Below, one piece after another: positions 29,289 to 39,011 of a stretch of 64,000 nt of DNA. The notes beneath the pieces are model-generated. The model ran no database searches, had not been told where the DNA came from, and saw nothing but the letters and a program-made list of their open reading frames with translations. Position numbers and translations under genes: made by a program. The DNA lies in NCBI GenBank assembly GCA_963717145.1, contig OY970325.1, forward strand, positions 3,392,001-3,456,000, written 5' to 3'. Positions within the stretch are counted from its first letter, which is position 1. Every line of letters starts with the position of its first letter. Source of the stretch: an uncultured Armatimonadetes bacterium (GTDB taxonomy: Bacteria; Armatimonadota; UBA5829; DTJY01).

Positions 29289-30308
29289 ATGGCTAGAATG
29301 ATCATCATTGCATTACTGATTCTGGGGGCATTGAACATGGGAATCTGTGCAGGCACATCAACCGATCGGCCGGTTAAGCTGATCTTCGACACCGACATCG
29401 GCAACGACATCGACGACGCATTGGCGCTGGCGATGATCCACACACTCGCCGACAGGGCGGAGGTCGATCTGCTCGCCATCACCGTGAGCAAGGACAACCC
29501 CTGGGCGGCGGTCTACGTCGATCTGGTCAACCGGTTCTATGGTAGGCCGGATGTCCCGATCGGTGCGGTGCGGAACGGCAAGACGCCGGACGACGGGAAC
29601 TACGTCCGCACGGTCGCCGAGCGGAAGGTTGACGGCAAGGTCGTCTATCCACGCACGCTGAAATCGGGGGCGGACGCGCCTGAGGCGGTCGGCGTGCTCC
29701 GTCGGGCGCTGGCGGCTCAGCCGGACGGATCGGTCGTGATCGTCAGCGTCGGGTTCATGACGAACCTCGCGCGGCTCCTCGACTCCAGCCCGGACGCCGA
29801 CTCGCCGCTCAATGGCATGGAGTTGGTCAAGCGAAAGGTCAAGCTGTACGTCTCGATGGCCGGCGCATTCGGGCCGAATGCCGAGCCGGAGTACAACGTC
29901 TTCATCGACATCGACGCCGCCCGGACGGTCTTCGAGCGCTGGCCGACGCCGATCGTCGCGAGCGGATTCGAGATCGGCGTGGCGATACTCTATCCGGCGG
30001 AGAGCATCGAGAAGGACTTCGGATACGTGGCCAACCATCCGATCGCGGAGGCCTACCGCGCGTTCGAGAAGATGCCCTACGACCGTCCGACCTGGGACCT
30101 CACGGCGGTCCTCTACGCGATCCGTCCCGACCGAGGTTACTTCGGCCTCTCACCGAACGGCAGGATCACGCTCGACGACAAGAACGTCACGCGCTTCACG
30201 CCCGATACCAGCGGCATGCACCGCTTCCTGACGGTGACCCCGGAGCAGATCATCCGCGTCCGTGAGGCATGCACGCTCCTCGCATCGGCTCCATCCGGAA
30301 CACCGTAG
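29289..30308 (+). CDS. Nucleoside hydrolase family protein, secreted
   Basis: DTDIGNDIDDALAL, EYN, TWDLTAV. Confidence 0.88.
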   Translation: MARMIIIALLILGALNMGICAGTSTDRPVKLIFDTDIGNDIDDALALAMIHTLADRAEVDLLAITVSKDNPWAAVYVDLVNRFYGRPDVPIGAVRNGKTPDDGNYVRTVAERKVDGKVVYPRTLKSGADAPEAVGVLRRALAAQPDGSVVIVSVGFMTNLARLLDSSPDADSPLNGMELVKRKVKLYVSMAGAFGPNAEPEYNVFIDIDAARTVFERWPTPIVASGFEIGVAILYPAESIEKDFGYVANHPIAEAYRAFEKMPYDRPTWDLTAVLYAIRPDRGYFGLSPNGRITLDDKNVTRFTPDTSGMHRFLTVTPEQIIRVREACTLLASAPSGTP

Positions 30309-30325
30309 GGGATGAGCGCATCTAC

Positions 30326-30423
30326 CTGAAGCCCACGTAGGGAACGGTCGCCGTCCCATTCCGCTGTGCTGGAAACTGACGATCACGGAACGGGAAGGCG
30401 ACCGTTCCCTACGTGGGCTTCAG
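30326..30423. repeat. GTAG-REP doublet with extended flanks
   Basis: ctgaagcccac-gtagggaacggtcgcc ... ggcgaccgttccctac-gtgggcttcag. Confidence 0.85.
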
Positions 30424-30498
30424 TGCGGGCCTTTCCCACCTTGACGCACCGCCGGCTCCGATGATACTCTGAGCGTAACCTGATCAGGAGAACACACA

Positions 30499-31381
30499 TT
30501 GAAGTTCAAGAACCCCTTCGAAAGTCCGGGAAGTTGGTACAAGGCCAACCTCCACACCCATACCACGGTGTCCGACGGGAACGTGTCCCCGGCGGAGAGA
30601 GCGGCTCAGTACCGAGAGCGGGGATACCAGATCCTCGCCTTGACCGATCACCATAAGACTAGCGATGTCAGCGGCCTGTCCGGGGAAGGCTTCCTCGTCA
30701 TCAGCGGCATGGAGACGCATCCCGACTGTCCCGGCGGCGACCCGTACCACTTCGTCTGCCTGAACGTCCCTCATGGCTTCGACCTCTCGTCCGAGCCGGA
30801 TCCGAACGCGCGCATCCGTATGGTCAGGGACGCCGGCGGTGAGTCGATCGTCGGCCATCCGTACTGGTGCGGCCACAACATCACGCACCTGATGCCGATC
30901 GAGGGCGTGATCGGCGTGGAGGTCTTCAACGGCACTTGCACTGGGATCGGCAAGGGGTTCAGCTCCGTCCACTGGGACGATCTGCTCGACGCCGGGAAGA
31001 TCCTCCCGGCAATCGCCGTGGACGATGTCCACCACGGAGGCGACATCTTCCTGGGCTGGACGTGGATCCGGGCCGAGAGCCTGACCGTCGGGTTGGCGAT
31101 GAACGCCCTCCGCTCGGGGTGCTTCTACGCCTCGACCGGCCCGACGATCGAGGATGCTCGAAGTGGTGGACGGCGTGGTCAGCGTGAAGTGCTCGCCGGT
31201 CTCCGAGATCCAGTTCATCGCCCAGAGAAGCGCGGGCCGAGTCGTCCGCGCGAAGGACGAGCCGCTCACCTCGGCGGAACTCCCGTTCAGCCCGATGTGG
31301 GACTACGTGCGCGTCGAGATCATTGATGCAGATGGCGGCCACGCGTGGACGAACCCCTTCTTTCCTGAGAAGAGCGGCTGA
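30499..31381 (+). CDS. PHP-domain (CehA/McbA-like) metallohydrolase, frameshift near 31158
   Basis: NLHTHTTVSDG, LTDHH, GHPYW, DDVH; AWTNPFF in a second frame. Confidence 0.85.
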
Positions 31382-31524
31382 TCGGTGAACAATCTCTGCC
31401 TTAGGGCCGTCTGGAGTATCAGTAAAGGACAGGCGATACGTCACGGCGAAAAGGCTATTGGGAAGCGAACATCGAACATCGAACGTCGAACATCCAACTT
31501 TGAACCCGGATGGAGGGAGACACA

Positions 31525-32508
31525 ATGCGAATCTGCATGCTTGTCTTACTCGCAGCGGTCGTACTAGCCGCAATACCAGCGACAGGAGCCTCAACAGTGA
31601 AGATCGAGAAGACGCCTTTTTTCAACCAGCCCAACTGCTATAAGCTTTCGAACGGCACGGTCGAAGTCATCGTCACCACCGACATCGGCCCGAGGGTGAT
31701 GGCCTACCGGTTCGCCGGCGGACAGAACATGCTGGCCGAGCTGACCGCCGACGCGGCGGTCAAGACGGACCTCGGGGTGTGGCATCCCTGGGGCGGCCAC
31801 CGACTCTGGCACGCGCCGGAGAACCTGCCACGAACCTATCAGCCCGACGACGAGCCGGTCCCCTTCGAGATCAAGGGCGACACCATCCGCCTGATGCCGA
31901 AGGTCGAGGCCGCATCGCAGATCCAGAAGGTGATCGAGGTCAAGCTGGACGCCGACGGATCGCACGTGACGCTCACTCAGACGCTCACGAACAAGGGCCG
32001 CTGGCCGATCGAGCTGGCGGTCTGGGGGCTGACCATCGTGCGCGGCGGTGGGACGACCATCTGGCCGCAGGAGCCGTTCGTCTCGCACGACGACGAGCTG
32101 CTCCCCGCACGGTCGATGACTCTCTGGGGCTACACGGACATGAGCGACCCGCGCTATCGATTCGGCAAGAAGTACGTCACCCTTAGCACCGACTCGAAGC
32201 TGAAGTTCCCGCAGAAGATCGGCGTGGCGAACAAGCAGGGCTGGGCGGCATATCAGCTCGGCGATCTGCTCTTCGTCAAGCGGTTCCCATATGTGGAGGG
32301 CGCGAAGTACCCGGATTCCGGCTGCAATTTCGAGACGTATACCGACGGCGACTTCATGGAGGTCGAGGACCTCGGGCCGCTGACGATGCTGGATCCCGGC
32401 GAGAGCGTCACCAACGTCGAGCACTGGTATCTCTTCAAGGACGTGAAGCCCTCGAAGGACGACGCGGCGATCGATGCCAACATCCTGCCGCTCGTCAAGA
32501 AGACGTAG
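31525..32508 (+). CDS. Secreted galactose-mutarotase-fold protein (DUF4380-like)
   Basis: IGPRVMAY, GGHRLWHAPE, YPDSGCNFETY, EVEDLGPL. Confidence 0.65.
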   Translation: MRICMLVLLAAVVLAAIPATGASTVKIEKTPFFNQPNCYKLSNGTVEVIVTTDIGPRVMAYRFAGGQNMLAELTADAAVKTDLGVWHPWGGHRLWHAPENLPRTYQPDDEPVPFEIKGDTIRLMPKVEAASQIQKVIEVKLDADGSHVTLTQTLTNKGRWPIELAVWGLTIVRGGGTTIWPQEPFVSHDDELLPARSMTLWGYTDMSDPRYRFGKKYVTLSTDSKLKFPQKIGVANKQGWAAYQLGDLLFVKRFPYVEGAKYPDSGCNFETYTDGDFMEVEDLGPLTMLDPGESVTNVEHWYLFKDVKPSKDDAAIDANILPLVKKT

Positions 32509-32524
32509 ATAGGCGGAATCCCCG

Positions 32525-32591
32525 GTAGATCCTGAATCAAGTTCAGGATGACAACCATACGCTGTCATCCTGAACTCGATTCAGGATCTAC
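32525..32591. repeat. REP doublet GATCCTGAATCAAGTTCAGGATGAC family
   Basis: Inverted pair; relatives at 51573-51637 and in-frame at 19393-19418. Confidence 0.85.
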
Positions 32592-32611
32592 GAGGTTCCC
32601 GCGCTTCCGAC

Positions 32612-32662
32612 GATCTCAGGCGACTCCGTCGCCGGCGGCCGGCGACGGAGTCGCCTGAGATC
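32612..32662. repeat. 51-bp perfect palindrome, copy 3
   Basis: Identical to copy 1. Confidence 0.95.
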
Positions 32663-32693
32663 GATAGGGCATCGCACTCCAAAGGAGCAACAC

Positions 32694-34223
32694 ATGAACA
32701 GACGAGATTTCCTCAGGACGGGGCTGATGGCCGGGGCATTCGCCGGGCTGTCGAGCGCGCTCCCGGACCTCGCATTCGGCGCGGATGAGACTCAGTACAA
32801 CGTGCTCTTCATCGCCGTGGACGACATGCGCACGACGCTGGGATGCTACGGCGCGCCGATCATCAAGACGCCCAATATCGACAAGCTGGCGGCGAGTGGC
32901 ACGCTCTTCAACCGCGCCTACTGTCAGCAGGCCGTATGCAGCCCGACGAGGACATCGCTCCTCACGGGATGCAGGCCGGACACCACCAAGGTCTACAACC
33001 TCGAGGACCATTTCCGCAAGTTCATCCCCGATGTGGTCACCCTGCCCCAGCAGTTCAAGGAGCACGGCTACTACTCCGCGGGGTTCAGCAAGATCTACCA
33101 CGGCGGCCTCAACGATCCGGCGTCCTGGTCCGTCCCGCACTGGGTTCCGCAGGCAGCCACCTACCACAAGCCGGAGAGCCTTGCCGCTCAGAAGGACTTG
33201 GCGGACAAACTCAAGGCTCAGGGCAACGCGCGCAAGGACGTGGTAGTCGAGACCGATCCCAAGACTGGCATGCCGCTGAGGATCACTCGGGGCGGGGCCG
33301 CGCTGAAAGGCCCGGCGTGGGAGGACCCCGATGTGGCGGACAATGCGCTTGCGGACGGCATGACCGCGAACGAGGCGATCAAGGCGCTACGTGAGTCGAA
33401 GGACAAGAAGTTCTTCCTGGCGGTCGGATTCCTGAAGCCGCACCTGCCGTTCATCGCGCCGAAGAAGTACTTCGACCTCTACAAGCCCGAGGAGATCAAG
33501 CTCGCGCCGAACCCGGACAAGCCGAAGGACGCCCCCGATGTCGCGTTCACGACCTGGGGCGAGCTTCGGGCCTACACCGACATCCCCGACGTCGGCCCGA
33601 TGGACGACGCTAAGGCGCGCGAACTAATCCGTGCCTACTATGCGGCGTTGAGTTACACCGACGCGCAGATCGGGCGCGTGGTCGACGAACTCGACAGGCT
33701 CGGCCTCCGGGAGAAGACGATCATCGTCCTCTGGGGCGACCACGGCTGGCAGCTCGGCGAGCACAGCATGTGGTGTAAACACACGAACTTCGAGGAAGCG
33801 ACACACGTACCGCTGATCATCAGCGCTCCCGGCCAGAGGAACAGGGGTGCGAAGACCGATGCCCTGGCGGAGTTCGTCGATATCTATCCGACGCTCTGTG
33901 ACCTCGCGGGCATTCCCACGCCGTCGACCTGCGAAGGCACGAGCTTCGCGCCGGTCATGAGTGATCCCAAGCGCTCGTGGAAGAAGGCCGCGTTCAGTCA
34001 GTATCCGCGCGCCGGCGGAATCATGGGCTACTCGATGCGGACCGACCGCTATCGGTACACCGAGTGGCAGAAGCAGGGCTCAGACCCGGTCGGCGTCGAG
34101 TTGTACGACTACAAGGCCGATCCGCTCGGCAACGTGAACGTCGCCGGCCTGCCGGAGAACAAGGAGCTTGTGGCGAAACTGAGTCAGCAGCTCAAAGGTG
34201 GTTGGAAAGCGGCGAAGCCGTAG
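32694..34223 (+). CDS. Tat sulfatase (iduronate-2-sulfatase-like)
   Basis: NRRDFLR, NVLFIAVDDMR, CSPTR, GFLKPHLPF, WGDHGWQLGEH. Confidence 0.92.
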   Translation: MNRRDFLRTGLMAGAFAGLSSALPDLAFGADETQYNVLFIAVDDMRTTLGCYGAPIIKTPNIDKLAASGTLFNRAYCQQAVCSPTRTSLLTGCRPDTTKVYNLEDHFRKFIPDVVTLPQQFKEHGYYSAGFSKIYHGGLNDPASWSVPHWVPQAATYHKPESLAAQKDLADKLKAQGNARKDVVVETDPKTGMPLRITRGGAALKGPAWEDPDVADNALADGMTANEAIKALRESKDKKFFLAVGFLKPHLPFIAPKKYFDLYKPEEIKLAPNPDKPKDAPDVAFTTWGELRAYTDIPDVGPMDDAKARELIRAYYAALSYTDAQIGRVVDELDRLGLREKTIIVLWGDHGWQLGEHSMWCKHTNFEEATHVPLIISAPGQRNRGAKTDALAEFVDIYPTLCDLAGIPTPSTCEGTSFAPVMSDPKRSWKKAAFSQYPRAGGIMGYSMRTDRYRYTEWQKQGSDPVGVELYDYKADPLGNVNVAGLPENKELVAKLSQQLKGGWKAAKP

Positions 34224-34254
34224 CCTTGTGGTTTCGGCTGCGGATTCTGACAAC

Positions 34255-34305
34255 GATCTCAGGCGACTCCGTCGCCGGCGGCCGGCGACGGAGTCGCCTG
34301 AGATC
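34255..34305. repeat. 51-bp perfect palindrome, copy 4 (extended to 34246-34314)
   Basis: Identical core; flanks tctgacaac/gttgtcaga. Confidence 0.95.
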
Positions 34306-34339
34306 GTTGTCAGACCTACATAGCATTGGAGGACTTGGA

Positions 34340-35872
34340 GTGTTTACAAGACGGGAGTTCCTGAGAACGAGCCTGATGGCCGGAGCATGCGCGGGGCTGT
34401 CCGGTGTAATGCCGAATCTCGCATTCGGAGCGGATGAGACCCAGTACAACGTGCTGTTCATCGCAGTCGATGATATGCGCACGACCCTGGGATGCTACGG
34501 CGCGCCGATCGTCAAGACGCCGAACATCGACAAGTTGGCGGCAAGTGGCACGCTCTTCAACCGCGCGTACTGCCAGCAGGCGCTCTGCAGCCCAACGCGC
34601 ACGTCGCTGCTCACCGGAAAACGGCCGGACACCACGAAGATCACCAGCCTGGAGGACCACTTCCGCAAGTTCCTGCCGGATACCGTGACGCTCCCTCAGC
34701 ACTTCAAGCAGCACGGCTACTTCACCCAGGGGCTGAGCAAGATATACCACTCCGGGCTCGATGATCCGCAGTCCTGGTCGGTCCCTCACTGGGACCCGAA
34801 GCAAGCCGGCTACCTCAAACCGGAGAGTCTGGCGGCTCGAAAGGAACTCGAGGAGAAGCTCAAGGCCCAGGGCGTGGACTACAAGGAGCACATCCTGGAG
34901 ACCGATCCGAAGACCGGGATGCCGACGAGGATCGACCGGCCGAGTGTCAAGCTCAAAGGCCCTGCCTGGGAGGACCCGGACTGTGCGGACAATGATCTCG
35001 CGGACGGCAGGACCGCGGACAAGGCGATCGAGTGCCTGAGCGAGATCAAGGACAAGCCGTTCTTCCTGGCGGTCGGCTTCCATAAGCCGCACCTGCCGTT
35101 CATCGCGCCGAAGAAGTACTACGATCTGTACGACCCGAAGGCACTGAAGCTCGCGCCGAATCCGTTCCCGCCGACTGATATGCCTGAGGTCGCGTTCTAC
35201 CCGTCATCCGAGATGCGCGGATATACCGACGTACCGGATGTCGGCGATATCGACGACAAGAAGGCCCGCGAGTTGATCCACGCCTACTATGCGTGCGTCA
35301 GTTACACCGATGCCCAGATCGGCAAGGTCATCGGTGAGTTGGAGAGGCTCGGCCTGCGGGACAAGACGATCATCGTGCTCTGGGGCGATCACGGCTGGCA
35401 GCTCGGCGAGCACGACATCTGGTGCAAGCACACGAACTTCGAGGAAGCGACACACGCGCCGCTGATCATCAGTGCGCCGAATCAGAAACACAAGGGCGAC
35501 AAGGCCGAGGGGCTCGCGGAGTTCGTGGACATCTATCCCACCCTCTGCGACCTTGTCGGCCTCCCAATCCCGAAGGACCTCGAGGGCACGAGCCTGACGC
35601 CGCTGATGTCATTCCCGAATCGACCGTGGAAGCGCGCCGCATTCAGCCAGTACCCTCGCCCCAAGGGTGTCATGGGCTACTCGATGCGCACGGATCGGTA
35701 TCGGTACACCGAGTGGATCAAGGAGGGCACCGAGAACGTGGGGACCGAGCTGTACGACTACAAGACCGATCCGCAGGGCAACGTGAACATCGCCCTGAAG
35801 CCGGAGCACAAAGAGCTTGTGGCGAAGATGGCCCAGCAGCTCAAGGACGGCTGGAAGGCAGCGAAACCGTAG
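34340..35872 (+). CDS. Tat sulfatase, paralog of 32694
   Basis: GTG start after ggagga; TRREFLR, CSPTR. Confidence 0.92.
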   Translation: MFTRREFLRTSLMAGACAGLSGVMPNLAFGADETQYNVLFIAVDDMRTTLGCYGAPIVKTPNIDKLAASGTLFNRAYCQQALCSPTRTSLLTGKRPDTTKITSLEDHFRKFLPDTVTLPQHFKQHGYFTQGLSKIYHSGLDDPQSWSVPHWDPKQAGYLKPESLAARKELEEKLKAQGVDYKEHILETDPKTGMPTRIDRPSVKLKGPAWEDPDCADNDLADGRTADKAIECLSEIKDKPFFLAVGFHKPHLPFIAPKKYYDLYDPKALKLAPNPFPPTDMPEVAFYPSSEMRGYTDVPDVGDIDDKKARELIHAYYACVSYTDAQIGKVIGELERLGLRDKTIIVLWGDHGWQLGEHDIWCKHTNFEEATHAPLIISAPNQKHKGDKAEGLAEFVDIYPTLCDLVGLPIPKDLEGTSLTPLMSFPNRPWKRAAFSQYPRPKGVMGYSMRTDRYRYTEWIKEGTENVGTELYDYKTDPQGNVNIALKPEHKELVAKMAQQLKDGWKAAKP

Positions 35873-35995
35873 GGGCGGGATTCCACGCCCGCCCACGTGT
35901 AGGAGGGATTTTGGGGGATGGTTCGTGCCCCCTAATCCCGACGGTCGGCGGTCGGGATTAGGGGGCACGAACCATCCCCCAAAATCCCTCCTACA
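35869..35995. repeat. GTAG hairpin plus 45-bp perfect inverted repeat (35898-35995)
   Basis: tgtaggagggattttgggggatggttcgtgccccctaatcccgac, 8-nt spacer, reverse complement. Confidence 0.92.
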
Positions 35996-36014
35996 TAGAT
36001 GGGAGAGAAGCTAT

Positions 36015-37502
36015 ATGCAGAGCAGACGTGAGTTTCTGAAGAGGACCGGTGCGGTTGCCGCCGGGATAGCACTCAGCGGGCTCGAGTGCCTGGCCGCGGA
36101 CTCGGGGCGCAAGCCGAATGTCATCTTCGTCTTCGCGGACCAGTTGAGGTCGCAGGCGCTCGGATGCTATGGAGACAAGCAGGCAAAGACTCCCAACATC
36201 GACAGGCTCGCGTCGCAGGGAGCGCGGTTCACCAACGCCATCAGCACCTGGCCGATATGCTCGCCGTTCCGAGGCATGCTGATGACCGGATGCTACCCGA
36301 TGACGAATGGCGTCATTGCGAACAACATCCCGATCTGGGACGGCCAGACATGCATCGCCGATGTGCTCAAGGCTCAGGGCTACAAGACCGGCTACATCGG
36401 CAAGTGGCACCTCGACGGCGGGATCCCGAATAACCTCCCCGGACGGCGGCTCGGCTTCGATGACTGGATCGGGCCGGCGGGCGAGAAACTGACTACCGCC
36501 GCGGACGGCACGCAGACCTGGAAGCCGGACCTGGAGACCGACGTGGCAATCGGCTACATCAAGAAGAACCAGGACAAGCCGTTCTGCCTCTTCATGTCAT
36601 GGACCCCGCCCCACGATCCCTACATCGCGCCCGACAAGTATATGAAGCAGTTCCCGAAGACCCAGATCGAGTTCCGGCCCAACGTGGCGGAACGCGAGCT
36701 TGTTGACAGAGAACTCGAGAAGCATCCGGTAGGTCCGAATGATCCCGTCGCGAAAGACCGTGCGGAATGGCGGAAGATGCTGGATACGGACGATCTGCTC
36801 CGGGAGTCCCTGTCCGGCTACTATGCGGCGATCCACAGCCTGGACGACTGCATCGGGCGGATCATGAAGGCACTCGACGAGGCGGGAATCGCGGAAGATA
36901 CGATTCTCGTCTTCTCCTCCGACCACGGCGACATGATCGGCTCACACCGAATGTGCCTGAAGCAGGAACCTTTCGAGGAGTCGATCAACATCCCGTTCAT
37001 CGTCCGCTATCCCCAGCGCATCCCCAAGGGCACGGTCACCGATGGAATCGTCTCGCCGATCGACATGATGCCCACTCTGCTCGGTCTTGCCGGAGCACCG
37101 ATCCCGAAGAGCGTCGAGGGCATCAGCCTCGCCGACGCGGCTGAGGGCAAGCGGTCGAATCAGCAGGATGCAGTGCTCCTGATGAAGATGGTCCCGGGAG
37201 GCATGCCGTGGATGTGCAACGCGGCCACTCCCTGGCGAGGGGTCCGCACCAAGACGCACACGTACGCCCGCCTGGCCGACGGCGGCCCGTGGGTGCTCTA
37301 CGACAACAGGAACGATCCGTATCAGATGAAGAACCTGGTGAACGACCCGGCGCACAACGCGCTCCGGGACGAGATGGAAGCGAAAATGCAGGCGCTCCTG
37401 GAGAAGGCACACGACCCGTTCGATGCGGACAAGATCAAGAAGGAGATCGCCAAGAAGAGCAAGACGCGCCTGAAGTACAGCGCAAGGAAGCAGAAGGAAT
37501 AA
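36015..37502 (+). CDS. Tat sulfatase
   Basis: SRREFLK, FADQLR, CSPFR, GKWHLDG. Confidence 0.92.
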   Translation: MQSRREFLKRTGAVAAGIALSGLECLAADSGRKPNVIFVFADQLRSQALGCYGDKQAKTPNIDRLASQGARFTNAISTWPICSPFRGMLMTGCYPMTNGVIANNIPIWDGQTCIADVLKAQGYKTGYIGKWHLDGGIPNNLPGRRLGFDDWIGPAGEKLTTAADGTQTWKPDLETDVAIGYIKKNQDKPFCLFMSWTPPHDPYIAPDKYMKQFPKTQIEFRPNVAERELVDRELEKHPVGPNDPVAKDRAEWRKMLDTDDLLRESLSGYYAAIHSLDDCIGRIMKALDEAGIAEDTILVFSSDHGDMIGSHRMCLKQEPFEESINIPFIVRYPQRIPKGTVTDGIVSPIDMMPTLLGLAGAPIPKSVEGISLADAAEGKRSNQQDAVLLMKMVPGGMPWMCNAATPWRGVRTKTHTYARLADGGPWVLYDNRNDPYQMKNLVNDPAHNALRDEMEAKMQALLEKAHDPFDADKIKKEIAKKSKTRLKYSARKQKE

Positions 37503-37505
37503 CAG

Positions 37506-39008
37506 ATGCAGACACGACGCGAGTTTCTGAAGAAGACAGGCGCGGTTGCCGCCGGAATGGCCATTGGCGGCGCACTCGGAGGACTGGAGTGCCTGGCCGC
37601 CGAGCCGAAACGCAAGCCGAACGTCGTGTTCGTCTTCGCGGACCAACTGCGAGCTCAGGCGGTCGGATGCTATGGTGACAAGCAGGCCCGCACGCCGAAT
37701 ATCGACAAGCTGGCGGCGGAGGGCGCCCGATTCACCAACGCCATCAGCACGTGGCCGGTATGCTCGCCGTTCAGGGCGATGCTGCTCACCGGACGCTATC
37801 CGATGTCGAACGGCGTCGTCTACAACGACCTGCCGATCTGGGACGGCCAGACCTCGATCGCCGACGCGCTCAAGGCACAGGGCTACGAGACCGGCTACAT
37901 CGGCAAGTGGCATCTCGATGGCGGGGTCCCCAATACCCTGCCCGGACGCCGGCTCGGATTCGAGCATTGGATGGGGCCGGTGGGAGAGACGCTGGCCACA
38001 TCCGCCGACGGCAAACAGACATGGAAGCCCGACGGCCAGACCGACGCGGCGATCAAGTATATCGAGTCCAACAAGGACAAACCGTTCTGCCTCTTCATGT
38101 CCTGGAACCCGCCGCACAATCCATATATCGCTCCCGACAAGTATATGAAGCTCTTCCCGAAGGACAAGATAGAGTTCAGGCCCAACGTCGCTGAGCGGGC
38201 ACTCGTCGATGAGCAGCTCAAGAAACATCCAATACAGCCGGGCTCGGAGAAGAACCGAGTGGACTGGCGTAGGACCATCGACACCGACGATGAACTGCGG
38301 GAGATCCTTGCGGGCTACTACGCGGCGACGCACGGCATCGATGCCTGCGTGGGGCGCATCATGAAGGCGCTCGACGACCTCGGGATCGCGGACGACACGA
38401 TCCTGGTATTCAGCTCCGACCATGGCGACATGATCGGCTCGCACCGGATGTGTCTCAAGCAGGAGCCGTTCGAGGAGTCAATCGGCATCCCATTCGTCGT
38501 GCGCTATCCGCGCAGGATACCGAAGGGCACCGTGACCGACGGCCTCCTCAGGCCGATGGACATGATGCCGACGCTGCTCGGACTGGCGGGCGCTCCGATA
38601 CCGTCCGGCGTCGAGGGAATCAGCCTCGCCGACGCGGCTCTCGGCAAGCGGTCCGATCAGCAGGACGCGGTCCTCCTCATGAAGATGCAGCCCGGGGGCG
38701 GCCCGTGGGTCATCAATGCGGCGACCCCATGGCGAGGCGTCCGCACCAAGACTCACACGTATGCGCGCCTCGAAGACGGCGGCCCGTGGATCCTCTATGA
38801 CAACAAGAACGATCCGTATCAGATGAAGAACCTGGTGAACGATCCGGCGCATAAGGCACTTCAAGACGAGATGGAAGCGACAATGCAGGCGCTCCTCAAG
38901 AAGGCGCACGACCCGTTCGACTCGACAGGGATCGCGAAGGAGATCGCCCAGAAGAGCAAGACGAACCTGAACGTCCAGCCGAAGAAACCGGCGGCCGGCG
39001 CGGGGTAA
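37506..39008 (+). CDS. Tat sulfatase, paralog of 36015
   Basis: TRREFLK, CSPFR. Confidence 0.92.
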   Translation: MQTRREFLKKTGAVAAGMAIGGALGGLECLAAEPKRKPNVVFVFADQLRAQAVGCYGDKQARTPNIDKLAAEGARFTNAISTWPVCSPFRAMLLTGRYPMSNGVVYNDLPIWDGQTSIADALKAQGYETGYIGKWHLDGGVPNTLPGRRLGFEHWMGPVGETLATSADGKQTWKPDGQTDAAIKYIESNKDKPFCLFMSWNPPHNPYIAPDKYMKLFPKDKIEFRPNVAERALVDEQLKKHPIQPGSEKNRVDWRRTIDTDDELREILAGYYAATHGIDACVGRIMKALDDLGIADDTILVFSSDHGDMIGSHRMCLKQEPFEESIGIPFVVRYPRRIPKGTVTDGLLRPMDMMPTLLGLAGAPIPSGVEGISLADAALGKRSDQQDAVLLMKMQPGGGPWVINAATPWRGVRTKTHTYARLEDGGPWILYDNKNDPYQMKNLVNDPAHKALQDEMEATMQALLKKAHDPFDSTGIAKEIAQKSKTNLNVQPKKPAAGAG

Positions 39009-39011
39009 CCG

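Noticed and set aside
16634-34305. Repeats as a CRISPR array
   Set aside because: Copies are kilobases apart, there is no repeat-spacer periodicity and no cas genes; the 53428-53605 cluster is irregular REP hairpins
33977-34339. Long N-terminal extensions of sulfatases (also 35817, 22260) and rsmA (14467)
   Set aside because: They read through repeat elements; better RBS, Tat or homology-consistent starts lie downstream
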